Source: Macrostomum lignano
Lineage: Eukaryota
Reading direction: 5' to 3'
DNA length: 64,000 bases
Assembly (NCBI GenBank): GCA_002269645.1
Contig: NIVC01000596.1
Location: 177,239 to 241,238, forward strand
The position numbers and the translations under genes were made by a program. The notes beneath the pieces are model-generated. The model had not been told where the DNA came from and did no database searches. It saw only the letters and a list, made by a program, of their open reading frames with translations. How positions within the stretch are numbered: position 1 is the first letter of the stretch; every line of letters begins with the position of its first letter. Below, piece by piece: positions 36,652 through 63,519 of the stretch.

Positions 36652-38292
36652 TTGAAGTATTTTATTTTACAGTGCTCTTTACTTTGTTATTTGTGATTGG
36701 CAGTTGGCAGTAGGGCGATGATCAAAGGTAGATTCGTTTCGTAGGAATACTATACTTGTAGACCTACAAACGGCTGCTGACAAAATGGATCTGGGACGCA
36801 ATGTTTAATTTATTTTAAAAAGAAATTAAAAAAAATTGTTAATTACTAGACCGAAATCGCTTGTCAATGAATACACATGCTTCGATTTAAAACAGACTAG
36901 GTCTTGGAAGCTGGGTTTTGATGGAAGGCTCTGAACGGCATTCAGCTCCGCGTCTCGGCCGGCGGTCGCGCGCGAGGAGTCCTGCTTTGAATACGCGCGC
37001 AATAAGATGAAATACCTTAACAAGTTTTATCATGTTAAGCAAAATGTTTCAGTGAGTTCTGAGGCATTTTAATACACTAAAACTTTTAAAAGTATAAAAA
37101 CAGAAAAAATACTATCTATAGTTACTTTGATAATCAGTTTATAACTTACGATGCAAATTGCAGATGTAGAACCTAGAGTCGTTTTGTCAAGCTCGTATTG
37201 AAGGCTTTTGTAATTTCCAAAATTATGGTAATAAAAATTTCTTTGTTTTTTAGACTCAAAAATAGGGGTTGAAGCTTGATGCATCTCACATTATAACTTG
37301 CAAGTTGAATTTAAACCAACGGCTCCCTGTATCTTACTCTCACGCCGTTTCACAGTACGAATAGTGCTTAGAATAATAGTGCTTATTTGCACGTAAATTT
37401 CTTTTCCTTGAGGTCCACGTCATCGGGTCCCATGCAGCAGTATATGAGGTAATAAGATTTACTACAATTTTTCTGCATTAAATATTTATATAACTTTAAT
37501 ATCACTGAATTGCAGTTCCAATTAAATTATATAACCTTTAATGTAATGAACTAAACCCTAACGAAAAAAGCAATGCGTATTAGACGAAGGCTGCTGTTCG
37601 AAATTACGTCGCACATTATATGTAATTTTAAATTATTATGAGTGGGAAATTCAAATTCAATTATTTAAAGCTTGTAAACTACAATTAGGGTAAATCCCGT
37701 GCACTTCATCTGGGCAGCGTTCCACTTGAGAAGCGTATTCGGATGAAGCATGTACGAGTATTACACCTGTTTATAATTAGCATTCAATGACGCAATGAAG
37801 TGAAACTACATATCTATTGTAATTCAGATGTACACGACGCATGCACAAGAGAAAATGATGCAGAAGACAGAAGGAAGACGGGCTGGTTATATATGAGTTA
37901 AGGGAGAGGTAATCACAATTGTTATTTGTTTCAGTCAGCAAAAAACAGTTGCAAACAAACGTCAAAGCAAATAGGCAAGCAAGGGGGTGAACAATTATGA
38001 TTGAGTTAAAGGTTGCGCAGTGGCGGGACAAGTGTACATAAAAATGTTTGAGAGGGGAGGGAAAGCACACAAGCCAAAAAGGTTGAGCTAGCACGCGGCA
38101 TTTTAGTAAGCCACGGGCTAGGAAAGACAAGGGCACTGATTTTAATAACGGGAGAGCAGGACATGAAGCGAAAAAGAAACTGGAGAGGGCAGTAGCAAAT
38201 ATAGTGTGGCAGAACAGCCACCCATCAAGATTTATGAGGATGAGTTGTCGGAGTCGCTAAACACCGATAGGAGATGAGGTGATGCCATTAAA

Positions 38293-42593
<4,301 letters not shown>

Positions 42594-43363
42594 ACCGGCT
42601 GCTGACTGCTGAGCAGTTGCTGCTGCTGCTGCTGAAAGGCGAGCATAGCAACCGATTGACAGGCGTTAGAAAATCACATGAGAATATTCCAGTTTTTTGG
42701 GACTCTCTTTTTTAGCCTCTTAAATCTTAAATACGTTGGCAGTGTTGACGCGTGTAGTTCTGTAGAAGTTCTATTCTCTGCTCCGGCTCTCTCTCTATCT
42801 CTCTCTTTTAAACTCTGTTCCTCAGGCGCGTGCACGCCTTGCCCTCAAAATAGACCGACCTATGCAAGCAGGCAGTGTGGAGTGGGCTGCATGCGTGGCT
42901 GTTGGCCCGGGCCACGGAGATCTTCAACTATAAGCCTGGAATTAGTCCAACTCTCTTCCCTGTTGTAAATGGCTATTTACAGACAAGTTAAATAAAATCT
43001 CTGTCTAGTTGTGGTGGTGGTTTCTGTCAAATTATGGCATAAAAATCAATGAATAATCGGCTTTTTTAAATAAATACATCTACCTACTGAAATTGATGTC
43101 GAATTAAGAAAAAATCATGCAAGTTAACAGAGTTTCAGCTACTACAGCATTCCAGATTTTCAGTTCGCATGTCTCCCCTGGCTGAGGTGGCTCAACCGGG
43201 AGGGTAGGGGCGAATAAGGAGGGGGTAGGCCTCCAATGCGATGCACAGTAAACCAGCTGAAGTACAGACAGAGAGGGCGCAGTCCCGTCTGCCCCCCCCG
43301 TCTCCGACCACCCCACAAGCGAGTGACCAACCTCGCCCAGTAACTAAAGGAAGAAGTAGCAGG

Positions 43364-43364
<1 letters not shown>

Positions 43365-43427
<63 letters not shown>
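43365..43427. repeat. Pure (CAG)21 tract, which is CTG on the TSC22-like sense strand
   Basis: Direct reading. Confidence 0.95.
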
Positions 43428-43429
<2 letters not shown>

Positions 43430-45399
43430 TAGCAGACACTTTTTGTCCAAAACATTGCGCACTAAGTCACGAATGAGGCTTCCGGACAGTGGGGGGGGGG
43501 AAGGCGGAGGGCGAGACAGGAGGATGGAAGGGGAAGGGAAGGCAGTTTGCACTTTAGGTTGGCAGGCGGCGCTTTCCTAGAAGCGGCTAGAAAAACTCCC
43601 CGCCTTCCCTCCGATCCCATTTTCCGTCCGTCTGGGAGCATGCATAATAATATGAATAATAAAAGTTCTAAAATTAGCAAATGAATCAGCGGCCGCAAAT
43701 GAGAACGCGTGTCAAGGAAGGGAACTGCCTGACAGTAATGCAGAGCTCTTGAGGCCCAATTCTTGGTGGGGGGAGGCTACAATTGCCAGCTTAGCCCATG
43801 CATTTCCTTCCGTCTTTTGCCTTTTTTAAACCACCAGTCTTCCAGTCAGAAGATCTTAGCCCAGCAGCAGCTGGCTAATTTGCTTTTTGTCGAATTTAGT
43901 AGCAGTTAAACTTGTCTTTCGTCGCCAAATGGTACATATATAGTCACTAAGGCTATATGCCTAAGCTATAGTTTAGCTCAGAAATAAAAATATTTTATAC
44001 TATTTTAAGAGAGATAGACAATAGTATTAGAAAGTATAGCCTGACAGATTAGAAACTTTTACATCAATGGCCAGATAATATGAGAGATAAGAGAAGAGAG
44101 CTCAGAAGAGACACAAGCCTTGAGCAGGCCGGATAGAAAGGCTTCGCTGGCCGTAGTTTGCCGACCCCTGGACAGTTTAAGGGCAATAAAGGGAGGAGAC
44201 CAGACAAAGTGCAAAGTGCTAAGCTAAAAGTACACCGGAGAAGAGCTTAACCTTAAAGAGAGAGAGAGACTGAGTCAAGCGGCGCCATTCAGACACGCAG
44301 ACGCTATTAAAAAGCACTTAGCCCAGTGTACAAATAATGGACTTATTAGAAGCCTAGACATGCAGTTCGTACGAACTCACTTACGCACTAAGGAATATAC
44401 ATCGTTTACTCGAAAGTGACCCAGATCTGTTTTCGCGGAAAACCAGTATTATTTAATTACAGACGTCGTCCCCAGAGCCCAGTGCTTCTATTTTATTTCT
44501 AGTTGATTTAGATGCCAGCTACAACTTCAGACTGGTCTGGCTATGTAGAGCGAGAGAGAATGAGAAAAAGTGAGCGAGGTAAAATGAAAAGAATGAAAAT
44601 ACTCGTAGGCCACTATTTTACCTTGCTTCCTCTAGCCTGTCACATGCCTGTGTTTCGAGAGGCAGAAAGGGCGGAGATAGAGAGAAAGAAGAAAAAAGCA
44701 AGGGTCTGTTAGCGAAGTGCATTTTGTAAAAAATGATAGCTCTAACCTTATTACTTCAGTTTTCAATTGTACGGAAACCGTTCTGCACCCGTAAAACACG
44801 CTATAACTCTTGTACGCTCGTAGCAATAAAAAAATAAGCAATAGGTCCAGAGAGCCCTAGGTAACATACGTCATTGTTTAAAGCTCATTAGTATATTTTG
44901 TAAAAGTGATCCTAAAATGGGAATAATAAAAAACTTTAAAATATCTAGTTTTATACATATCTTGCTAAAGTTCTCTCAAAATTCTCTTCCCAAGCTCTTA
45001 GTCTAGCCCTGTCTTGCCTGACTCAAACTACTATCAAACTACTCAAACCTGACCCATACTATAGCTGACTCATCTGGCAGAACATTGCCCTAAACAGTCC
45101 ACAGTGAGTCATAACAAAAATGGTGAAAAGGAAAAGTGTAGAAAATAATTGAACCAAAACACAGTTTGTTACCAGTGGTATTTAGAGTAATTAGTTTATT
45201 ATATTTCCTAGTGTAAAAAAACATTTCATATTCAACACCTGATAAAGACACCAGGCGGTCAGTCAGTCAGCTGGAACAAAATCAATAATTGTTTTCACAT
45301 TGCAAACAACTAAAACTTGTGAGAATGATACGAGCTAAAATGCTCAACAGCAGACAAAAGTACCATCCTCCACGCAAGTCCGGGGGGTTAGGAAAAAGG

Positions 45400-45670
45400 T
45401 TAGGGTTAGGGTTAGAGCTTGTGCCCTTCGAGCTTGTGATGGTTGCTAAAACTTTTCGACGATGTGACTTTTCGAGCTTGTGATGGTGGCTGCTAAATCA
45501 GTTTTCGACGATGTGACTTTTCGAGCTTGTGATGGTGGCTGCTAAATCAGTTTTCGACGATGTGACTTTTCGAGCTTGTGATGGTTAAATCAGTTTTCGA
45601 CGATGTGACTTTTCGAGCTTGTGATGAAGCCCTGTTTCGACGATATGATTTTTCGAGCTTATGATGGCGA
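45400..45670. repeat. Minisatellite-bearing dispersed repeat preceded by ggttagggttagggttag; related to 10420-10570
   Basis: ~45-bp units cgagcttgtgatggtggctgctaaatcagttttcgacgatgtgactttt. Confidence 0.8.
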
Positions 45671-45926
45671 CCGCAATGACGAATGCTGAACTATGACTCG
45701 CGTTTGGAATGCTGGAAGTCTGAGCGTCAATCAGTGAAACTGCTGGAAGATTTTGGTAGAACGAGAGCAGCAATTAAAAAGCCGCTGACAAAGTGATTGA
45801 CTGGCACCTCCTTCAGCTCGCGGCTTAGTTACATAGCCCATGGGTTGAATAATTTGACCAAGAATTTATCTCTGACTGACGTACGATATGCGCGAGGTGG
45901 CACTTTTGACTCTTGCTGAGCATAGT

Positions 45927-46187
45927 GGGTGTATCAGCCAAATCCACACAACAGCAGTGGACGATTTTTCATGATTATTCATGATGATTTCATCATGAAA
46001 TCTGCCTCAGGGGCAGATTTTTACCTTGATTTAAGAGGCTAGAGAAATTTCTTCCGAGTGACTTGATAGACCATTTCATAACAATTTGCGACAGACGTTT
46101 CAGCCCCTTACGAGTATCTCAAAGATCGACTTCTCAGCTCCATTTCTACATAGTTTTTGTAACTGTACGGATTTGGCTGATACACCC
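45927..46187. mobile_element. MITE-like element with perfect 19-bp inverted ends
   Basis: gggtgtatcagccaaatcc (45927-45945) / ggatttggctgatacaccc (46169-46187); TSD not clear. Confidence 0.65.
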
Positions 46188-46270
46188 TGAATGCGTGTAT
46201 ACACGATAGAAACTGACCAAACAACCGTAATTATTAGAAAAGTCACCCTTCACCGGTGGGTAGGTTGATA

Positions 46271-46656
46271 CGAGGGTTGTAAAAAGTTCTGCGTATTGAG
46301 GCATAGCTTTGGTTCAAAGCTAAGCTGACAAAACGAAGGTCTCGCCATAGACAGTTTTATGTGTAAAGAACTCATAGCTTCAGTTTTACCCCTTAAAATC
46401 TTTTTTGTCTGCGTAGCAAATCGCAAGACAGTTTTTCAGGACACGGCCGTCAAGTCATGGGGATGCATGGAATATTCTTCCGCATCAGTCATACTACCCG
46501 GACCTCAGCCTATGCGACTTCTTCCTCTTCCACCGCATCAAGGAGTCCATGCAAAGCCAGCAGTTCAAGTTTGGCAAGTGAAAAGATGCCAAAGAAATGT
46601 GTGTGAAGTTTTGCTTTGTTATTAGGTAATACACAGAACTTTTTGTACAACCCTCG
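46271..46656 (+). mobile_element. Internally deleted mariner element, 386 bp
   Basis: TA TSD on both sides; TIRs cgagggttgt(ac)aaaaagttctg.gtatt; internal WNILPHQSYYPDLSLCDFFLFHRIKE matches the mariner YSPDL..D..LF motif. Confidence 0.88.
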
Positions 46657-46684
46657 TACACAGTTGACAAGAGGAATTATTTCA

Positions 46685-48151
46685 TTAAGCCAGATCAATC
46701 AGGCGCCACAACCGAAGGTGTGCAAGCAGCAAGAATACGCAGAAGGCTGCACAGCAGCTGACTGACACAAGCAGCGAGTACAGATATGGCAGGCTAGCCG
46801 GGGCTGGCAGCACGGCGCCAGCTAGCACAGCGGCCAGAGCCGGGGCGTGCAAACATGCGTGCAAAGCGACCACTAGCCGGCTAGCTGGCCGAATCGATGG
46901 CGACCAGCGGAATAGTAAACCAACAGCGATAACAAAGACTCCGGCACAGCACACAGTTGGCAGTGCCAAGCCGTCTTTGTAGGCTAATAATGGCCACATG
47001 CTAATAGCCGCTAACAATTGAAAACTGCAGGCAAACAACGGTGCCTCTGGCAATAGCAAAACGGCCGACATTGCCGGCAATAGGATGGACTTCTCGTGCG
47101 CCTGATAAGAGAATAGAAAGAAGGCAAGCGAGGCCGCAAAGGAAGCGAACAGGAGAGCGGATCGGCCAGGCCGGTACAGACAGCGGACGAGAGCCGGGGC
47201 GCAGGCGGCCAGGGTGGCAACGGCGGCAACTGCGGCAGCGGCGCCCTGACTAATAATAGTTTTCAATTTCACTACCACATTAATTGTGCACCAAACATTA
47301 GCCACGTGATCTTCGAATAATCCTCGGCCGATTGGGAATAATCTTTGCAAGGCGGCTAAAGCGGCCCTGCCATTGGGAGCGGCTGCAAGTAGAGGCGACC
47401 ACACTAGCAGGAAGGTGGCTAGAACAACAGCGGCTAGAGAACAGAGCAGTCTAACAGCGCGCCAAGGAGCAGCGGCTGACAATAGCAGATTGCAACAGTC
47501 GCCTAACAGATGACAGAACAGCGGCAGAGAATGATACAGAGCCATCTGTTTATAGTTGAGAGCCAGACAGAACAAGCAAGTCCCTAGCAGGCGTCGCCGG
47601 CGCAGTACAAGCAGATGAGCGGCCGCTGCCAGGCCCAGACTGATACAGTTGTACTGAAAGTGTCCGTGATCCACCAGCAGCTGACTCGGCGACAGCATAG
47701 CAACAGCCGATAGCAATAACAGCGGACTGACAGGTGAATAGGCTACGCTAGCTAACAGAACTGGCAGGTGAATGAATAAATCGCTAGTTAGCACTGTGCC
47801 GCGCATCCAAAGCTTATGCGGTGGACTCTGTTCGCCCCGCGAACTGCCCAGCGCCACCCAGCTGGCGTTGATTGCAGCGGCGCGGTAGCCTAGCGCCAAA
47901 CTATGATAGGCGCTCAATGGCGGATAATCCAAGCCCCAGTAGAGCAAGTCGTTCCTACTACTATTAATGTACCATTCGGACACTGGCAGGGCTGTGGTGA
48001 CCTCCTGCCAGTGCCGCTGGGCCTCGTAGTCGCCAAACATTGGCGGCCGGGACTGGCCGGAGTGCGGATAGGGCGCAACGGCAGCCCGCAGCGCCAGGCC
48101 CAGACAGAGGGCGGACAATAGAGGAAGCAGCGGCTGCCAATTCGGCGCCAT
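46685..48151 (-). CDS. ALG6: Dolichyl-PP-Man9GlcNAc2 alpha-1,3-glucosyltransferase, single exon, 488 aa
   Basis: PPMFGDYEAQRHWQE, YWGLDYPPLSAYHS, DHGHFQYNCISLG, LNYKQMALYH, RLFPIGRGLFEDHVANVWC, FSYQAHEKSILLP. Confidence 0.97.
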   Translation of the reverse strand: MAPNWQPLLPLLSALCLGLALRAAVAPYPHSGQSRPPMFGDYEAQRHWQEVTTALPVSEWYINSSRNDLLYWGLDYPPLSAYHSLALGYRAAAINASWVALGSSRGEQSPPHKLWMRGTVLTSDLFIHLPVLLASVAYSPVSPLLLLSAVAMLSPSQLLVDHGHFQYNCISLGLAAAAHLLVLRRRRLLGTCLFCLALNYKQMALYHSLPLFCHLLGDCCNLLLSAAAPWRAVRLLCSLAAVVLATFLLVWSPLLAAAPNGRAALAALQRLFPIGRGLFEDHVANVWCTINVVVKLKTIISQGAAAAVAAVATLAACAPALVRCLYRPGRSALLFASFAASLAFFLFSYQAHEKSILLPAMSAVLLLPEAPLFACSFQLLAAISMWPLLAYKDGLALPTVCCAGVFVIAVGLLFRWSPSIRPASRLVVALHACLHAPALAAVLAGAVLPAPASLPYLYSLLVSVSCCAAFCVFLLLAHLRLWRLIDLA

Positions 48152-48489
48152 ATATCGTCTTGTGCAGCCGGCTTTGAGACTGTTGCTGCTTTTGCTTTGC
48201 TGCTGCTGTCTGAAATTTTAAAGACACGGTTCAATTAACCGATGTGTATTGTACATAACTTTAGTGACAACACTTCGTTTAGTAAATTAATTGGATTTCA
48301 ATTTCGCACCAAAACAAAGGTCGATCAAAATAAAAGTTGCCAACAAGTCGAACTTTTAATACAGCTCGTGTCACCAATTGAAAATATTTACGTTTACTTT
48401 TTCAATACAAAAGCAACTAATTCAAACAGATGCGTAGAAAATGGTTTGAAAGCTGCCTTGACTACTGATTGCATTATTTAATATCTACT

Positions 48490-48730
48490 GATCAGGGGTT
48501 CAGGGACTTTTCTGATCAGGGGTTCAGGGACATCTCTGATCAGGGGTTCAGGGACTTCTCTGATTAGGTACTCAGGAACTTTGATCAGGGATTCAGGGAC
48601 TTTGATTAGGTACTCAGGGACTTTGATTAGGGATTCAGAGACTTTGATCAGGGATTCAGGGACTTTAATTAGGGACTCAGGAAATTTGATCAGGGATTCA
48701 GGGACTTTGATTAGGTACTCAGGGACTTTG
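48490..48730. repeat. 21-bp minisatellite between TRMT61A and ALG6
   Basis: Unit gatcagggattcagggacttt. Confidence 0.9.
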
Positions 48731-48842
48731 CAGGTACGTTACACGAAATGCCTAGATCAAGCCAAATACAAATCATGAATTAAAACTAATTATACTGTAG
48801 AACTAGCTGTAGCACAATATATAATAAAGGCATCATCAAATA

Positions 48843-49823
48843 TTATTCGGCTGGGCCATAGAAAGTGGCAAACAGAAGGAAGCCGGAATGGCACGGCTGC
48901 TCGTACGCCGGCTCAGTTGCGGCAACCCGAAGCGGCAACGACGAAGCCTCCTTAGAGACAGAAGCTGTCGACTTGCCCGGAGCTTCTTTATCATCCTCGG
49001 GAGCAGGAGCACTAGCAGCGTCGTTGCCGTCGTCTTCAGGACCCAAATCGGCCGACGGCAGGCTGCGCGGCTGCAGCGAGTAGCGCCGCTGATGGCACTC
49101 CATGCCGATCAGGTCGGTGAATCGGCGGCACTCGCGCAGAGCCGCGGCGGTCCGCTCGGCCTGTTGAACGCACGGACTGAAGCTGCCGAATCTGGCGCCG
49201 GGACGCAGACAGGCCGGCAGGCTGGGCACAGTCAGCCAGGGCTGCGGCAGGTCCAAGAAGACGGCATCAGCGTTGGAACCGGCCGGGAAGCCCAGCTGGC
49301 AGACGTCGCGATGCTCGCAGACGGCCCAACGCTGCAGACTGTGCTCAGTCAGCTCGCGCTGCGCCGTGGCCGCTCGTTCGGCGTGAAAATCGAAGGTCAA
49401 CACGCGGCCAGTAGGCATGACAGTCCTGGCCAGGCAGTGGGTGAACGCGGCGCTGCCAGTGCCAGCTTCTAGCACAATGCGACCCGGCCGCAGGTCCAGC
49501 TGGGCAACTATCAGGCAGGTGTCTGGAGGATAGAGAATCTGAGTACGATGCGGCAGCGCCCGGGCCCACAGCTCCGGCACTAGGGGCAATAGGCGCACAA
49601 AGCCGCGCTTGGTTACCAACCGGGAGCCATAGCGACGGCCAATCAGGTCGGAGAATTTCAAGAGGCCGCCAACTGTCTGTACGGTGCCGTCTGCTGAGGT
49701 GACTCGGACAGTCTTAGTGTTGCCGTGGCGCTGCTTCAGCAGTACAACGTCGCCAATGGCAACAAATCGGCGATTGAATACTGATTCTTCTGCGTTGGGC
49801 TGTTGCTGCTGTTGCTGAGACAT
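48843..49823 (-). CDS. TRMT61A: tRNA m1A58 methyltransferase catalytic subunit, single exon; likely ATG at 49823
   Basis: LPHRTQILY, LDLRPGRIVLEAGTGS, VLTFDFH, DAVFLDLPQPW, SFSPC, HSGFLLFA. Confidence 0.96.
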   Translation of the reverse strand: MSQQQQQQPNAEESVFNRRFVAIGDVVLLKQRHGNTKTVRVTSADGTVQTVGGLLKFSDLIGRRYGSRLVTKRGFVRLLPLVPELWARALPHRTQILYPPDTCLIVAQLDLRPGRIVLEAGTGSAAFTHCLARTVMPTGRVLTFDFHAERAATAQRELTEHSLQRWAVCEHRDVCQLGFPAGSNADAVFLDLPQPWLTVPSLPACLRPGARFGSFSPCVQQAERTAAALRECRRFTDLIGMECHQRRYSLQPRSLPSADLGPEDDGNDAASAPAPEDDKEAPGKSTASVSKEASSLPLRVAATEPAYEQPCHSGFLLFATFYGPAE

Positions 49824-49919
49824 TTTCTGTGATTTTTTACTCACATGAATTTAAAAGTAATCGTTAAATATAATTTGAATTCATTAGTCACGCATGCAAG
49901 ATAGAGGAGCTTTAAGCAA

Positions 49920-50397
49920 TAGTCGGTCGGTCAGTCAGTCAGTGGGTCAGCAGGTCAGTGGGTCAGTCAGTGGGTTAGTAGGTCAGTGGGTCAGTCAGTC
50001 AGTCAGTGGGTCAGCAGGTCAGTGGGTCAGTCAGTGAGTTAGTAGGTCAGTGGGTCAGTCAGTCAGTGGGTCAGTCAGTGGGCTAGTAGGTCAGTGGGTC
50101 TCGGTCAGTCAGTGGGTCAGTGGGTCAGTGGGTCAGTCAGTGGGTTAGTAGGTCAGTGGGTCGGTCAGTGGGTCAGTAGGTCAGTGGGTCAGCGGGTCAG
50201 TGAGTCGGTCAGTCAGTCAGTGGGTCAGTAGGTCAGTGGGTCAGTGAGTCGGTCAGTCAGTCAATCAGTGGGTCAATGGGTCAGTCAATGGGTTAGTGGG
50301 TCAGTCAGTGGGTCAGTCAGTGTATCAGTGGGTTAGTGGGTCAGTCAGTGGGTCAGTCAGTGTGTCAGTGGGTTAGTCAGTGTGTCAGTCAGTCAGA
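49920..50397. repeat. Degenerate gtcagtgg/gtca repeat between HSF and TRMT61A
   Basis: Direct reading. Confidence 0.9.
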
Positions 50398-50758
50398 CGA
50401 ATTAAAATAAATCAAACACAAAGAAGCTGTGTACTCCATCACAGGCTTGGCAAAGATGTATTTCTGTACCGCAGCAAATACCATACATACACTTGTACGT
50501 GTATAACAAATTGCCATCTGATCGAGACACGAGTTACAAAAAAGCACTAGAAACAAACATTAAACCCCAATTATAGTATAAAAATATTGTTATATAGTCG
50601 ATTATTTCGCATAGAAAACGGTAAACTCTGTACAAACGCGAGTTTTAGCATGTAGAAATGCGGATAGTTAGAAGAGTAATTTTTTACCAATCAGCGCAAA
50701 CTATAAATTTGAATACGAGTAGAAGTTGACGATAAAGTAGTCTCCAGCTTAGTAGTAA

Positions 50759-51967
50759 CTAACCAATTAGAGGATGAGGAACCAGGGCCTGTTTAGATTT
50801 GTTGTTTGGTGCAGACGATTCCGATTCTTCAACGGAACTGGCCGACTGTGACGGGCTGGCTTGAGCACTATCTGACTGAGGCTGAGGCTGCGGCTCTACA
50901 AACTCCTCAAGCGACACGTGCAGCTGTTCGCTAGGATCGGCCAGAAGGCTTAACAGCTGATTATCAGCCTCGTGACTGCTAGCCGGATCGATAAAATCTA
51001 GAAAGGCATCCAATGGCGGCAGCTGGTTGGGATTGTCGAACATTTGATGCATTGGGGAGGGCAAATTCATTGAAGAGCTGCCAACGATTGAGTCGATGTC
51101 GGAACTGAGTGCGGGCTCACTCTGGCTATCGACAGGGCTTTGCTCAGTCTGCAGCTGCTCATCGTTGAAGCTAATCTGCTGCTGCTGCTGCCGAGGCGGC
51201 GGCAGGGCAGCAGCGGCGGCAGCAACAGCTACAGAAGCTTGAGGAGAATCCGACGACATTAAGAATTCCGTCACATCCTCGATGGTGACTTCGCCTTCAG
51301 CGCTGCTTGTTCCGACGCCAGCACCGCCGCTGCTGCCGACGTCGCCGCCGGAACAGCTGAACGTAGCTAGACGCTGTCGCTTAGCAACGGGCTGGCCGGA
51401 CTCGATGGCCATCTGAGCCGGCGCCCGACGCTTCGGCATCAACAGAGAGAAGAAGTTCAACAGCCATCTGACAGCGTCCTGATGATGACGCTGCTGCTGG
51501 CGTAGGTACTGCACCTCCAGCCAGAGCTGCTGATTCTCCGTCCGCAGCCTGGTCAGCTCCTCCTCGTTGCCAGATTGCTTAGCCTTAACGCTGGCCAAAT
51601 CGGACCGGACTCGGCCTTTGTTAGCCGCCGCTGCGGCCGCGGCGCTGTTCTGCGGCACGCGTCGAATCTCCGACATCCGATGGGGACTGTCGCGTTGAAA
51701 GCACGGATGAGCAAATTCGGTGATTAAATCTGGTCTAATCATCTTTCGAAACGAATACAAGTTTAGCTGGCGTACAAAACTAGATAAGTTGCTGTGCTTG
51801 AAGTAGCAAGGCAGGACTTCCCGGGCCAGCAGGTTGCCATCCGTGATTAAGAATGATTTGCCATCGTCTGACCAGGAGATGAGCTGCTGAGCTGCCGGGT
51901 CCTGCACTAGGTGCCACAGGTTCACCACGAATCCGGGCACGTCAGATGGTATTCGACCGGACGGCAT
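50759..51967 (-). CDS. HSF1: Heat shock transcription factor, single exon; likely ATG at 51967
   Basis: DNA-binding domain PGFVVNLW...ISWS...F...VLPCYFKHSNLSSFVRQLNLYSFRK...EFAHPCF; HR-A/B LRTENQQLWLEVQYLRQ; basic NLS-like KRR and KRQR. Confidence 0.93.
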   Translation of the reverse strand: MPSGRIPSDVPGFVVNLWHLVQDPAAQQLISWSDDGKSFLITDGNLLAREVLPCYFKHSNLSSFVRQLNLYSFRKMIRPDLITEFAHPCFQRDSPHRMSEIRRVPQNSAAAAAAANKGRVRSDLASVKAKQSGNEEELTRLRTENQQLWLEVQYLRQQQRHHQDAVRWLLNFFSLLMPKRRAPAQMAIESGQPVAKRQRLATFSCSGGDVGSSGGAGVGTSSAEGEVTIEDVTEFLMSSDSPQASVAVAAAAAALPPPRQQQQQISFNDEQLQTEQSPVDSQSEPALSSDIDSIVGSSSMNLPSPMHQMFDNPNQLPPLDAFLDFIDPASSHEADNQLLSLLADPSEQLHVSLEEFVEPQPQPQSDSAQASPSQSASSVEESESSAPNNKSKQALVPHPLIG

Positions 51968-52908
51968 CGCTTCGCTGTTTGCATGGGGGAGAAAGGAAAA
52001 CATGTGCCTACTAAACAAAGAACCGAATTCTGTCTAAGGGTGCTGCAGATCCCCTGAAGGACCACATTGGGGTGCAATAGTAGCAACAATATCTGCAAGC
52101 GGACTCTGTGGGCCTTCGGTGGCAATCCTGAGCACATACAATCCTGTCAGGCATGTGCACTCTGTGCCTTCATTGAAGACTGGCCCTCATGCACCTTGCA
52201 GGGAATCGAACCAGGGACCGTGCGCGCGGGTGGCTACTTATAGGTAAATAATGGGAATTTAAAATGGCCTAAATAGTTACTTCTAAATAAATAAATAAAT
52301 AAGACTAGTAAACTTGTTTTGTCAAACCAGTTAGTCTAAAACTAGTCGGAACCAACAGTGACACTGACTGTCATTTAGTTATCATTAATTATTATTTGAT
52401 ATAATCGTACCAATATTGATAGATTGACAAATTCAATTATTTAGTAAAGATTTAATTTTGAAACCAAATAAATAGAGCATTAAAACAGAATCAGAGAATC
52501 ATAAGACAGTTAGTCGGTCAGTTAGTGCATGAAATAAATATAACAAAGATCTGCCACCAACAGAATATAGTAGATATATAGTGTACTTAAAACACATTAA
52601 TTAAAGCGGGAGTGAGAATACCACCAGAATGCAATTCGTCTTTGCTCAAATTTCCAATATATTGTAATTCAATCATTGGCAAACACATTTTCCGTTAAAC
52701 AAATTGCCATTCCAGTGGTATGAAAAAAGTACACAAAAATTGCAATAAGATCAAAACACAAACTAAAGAGAAGTAAATAACAAAATCACACACAGACTGC
52801 TTTTTCTGTGTCTATTTTTTCTATAGCAAGATGATCATGAAATCTCAAAAATCATGAATCAAGTTTCTGACAAGTCAAACCAATTCAGTTTTCACTCTGA
52901 CTCATCGA

Positions 52909-63419
<10,511 letters not shown>

Positions 63420-63519
63420 TGTTTGGACAGATTGAAGCCTATTGTTTCTTGGAAATTGAGCGCTGGCACTGCACGATTGCTGGAATTCAGCGAATTGGGA
63501 TTCATAAACAGGATTAAAC

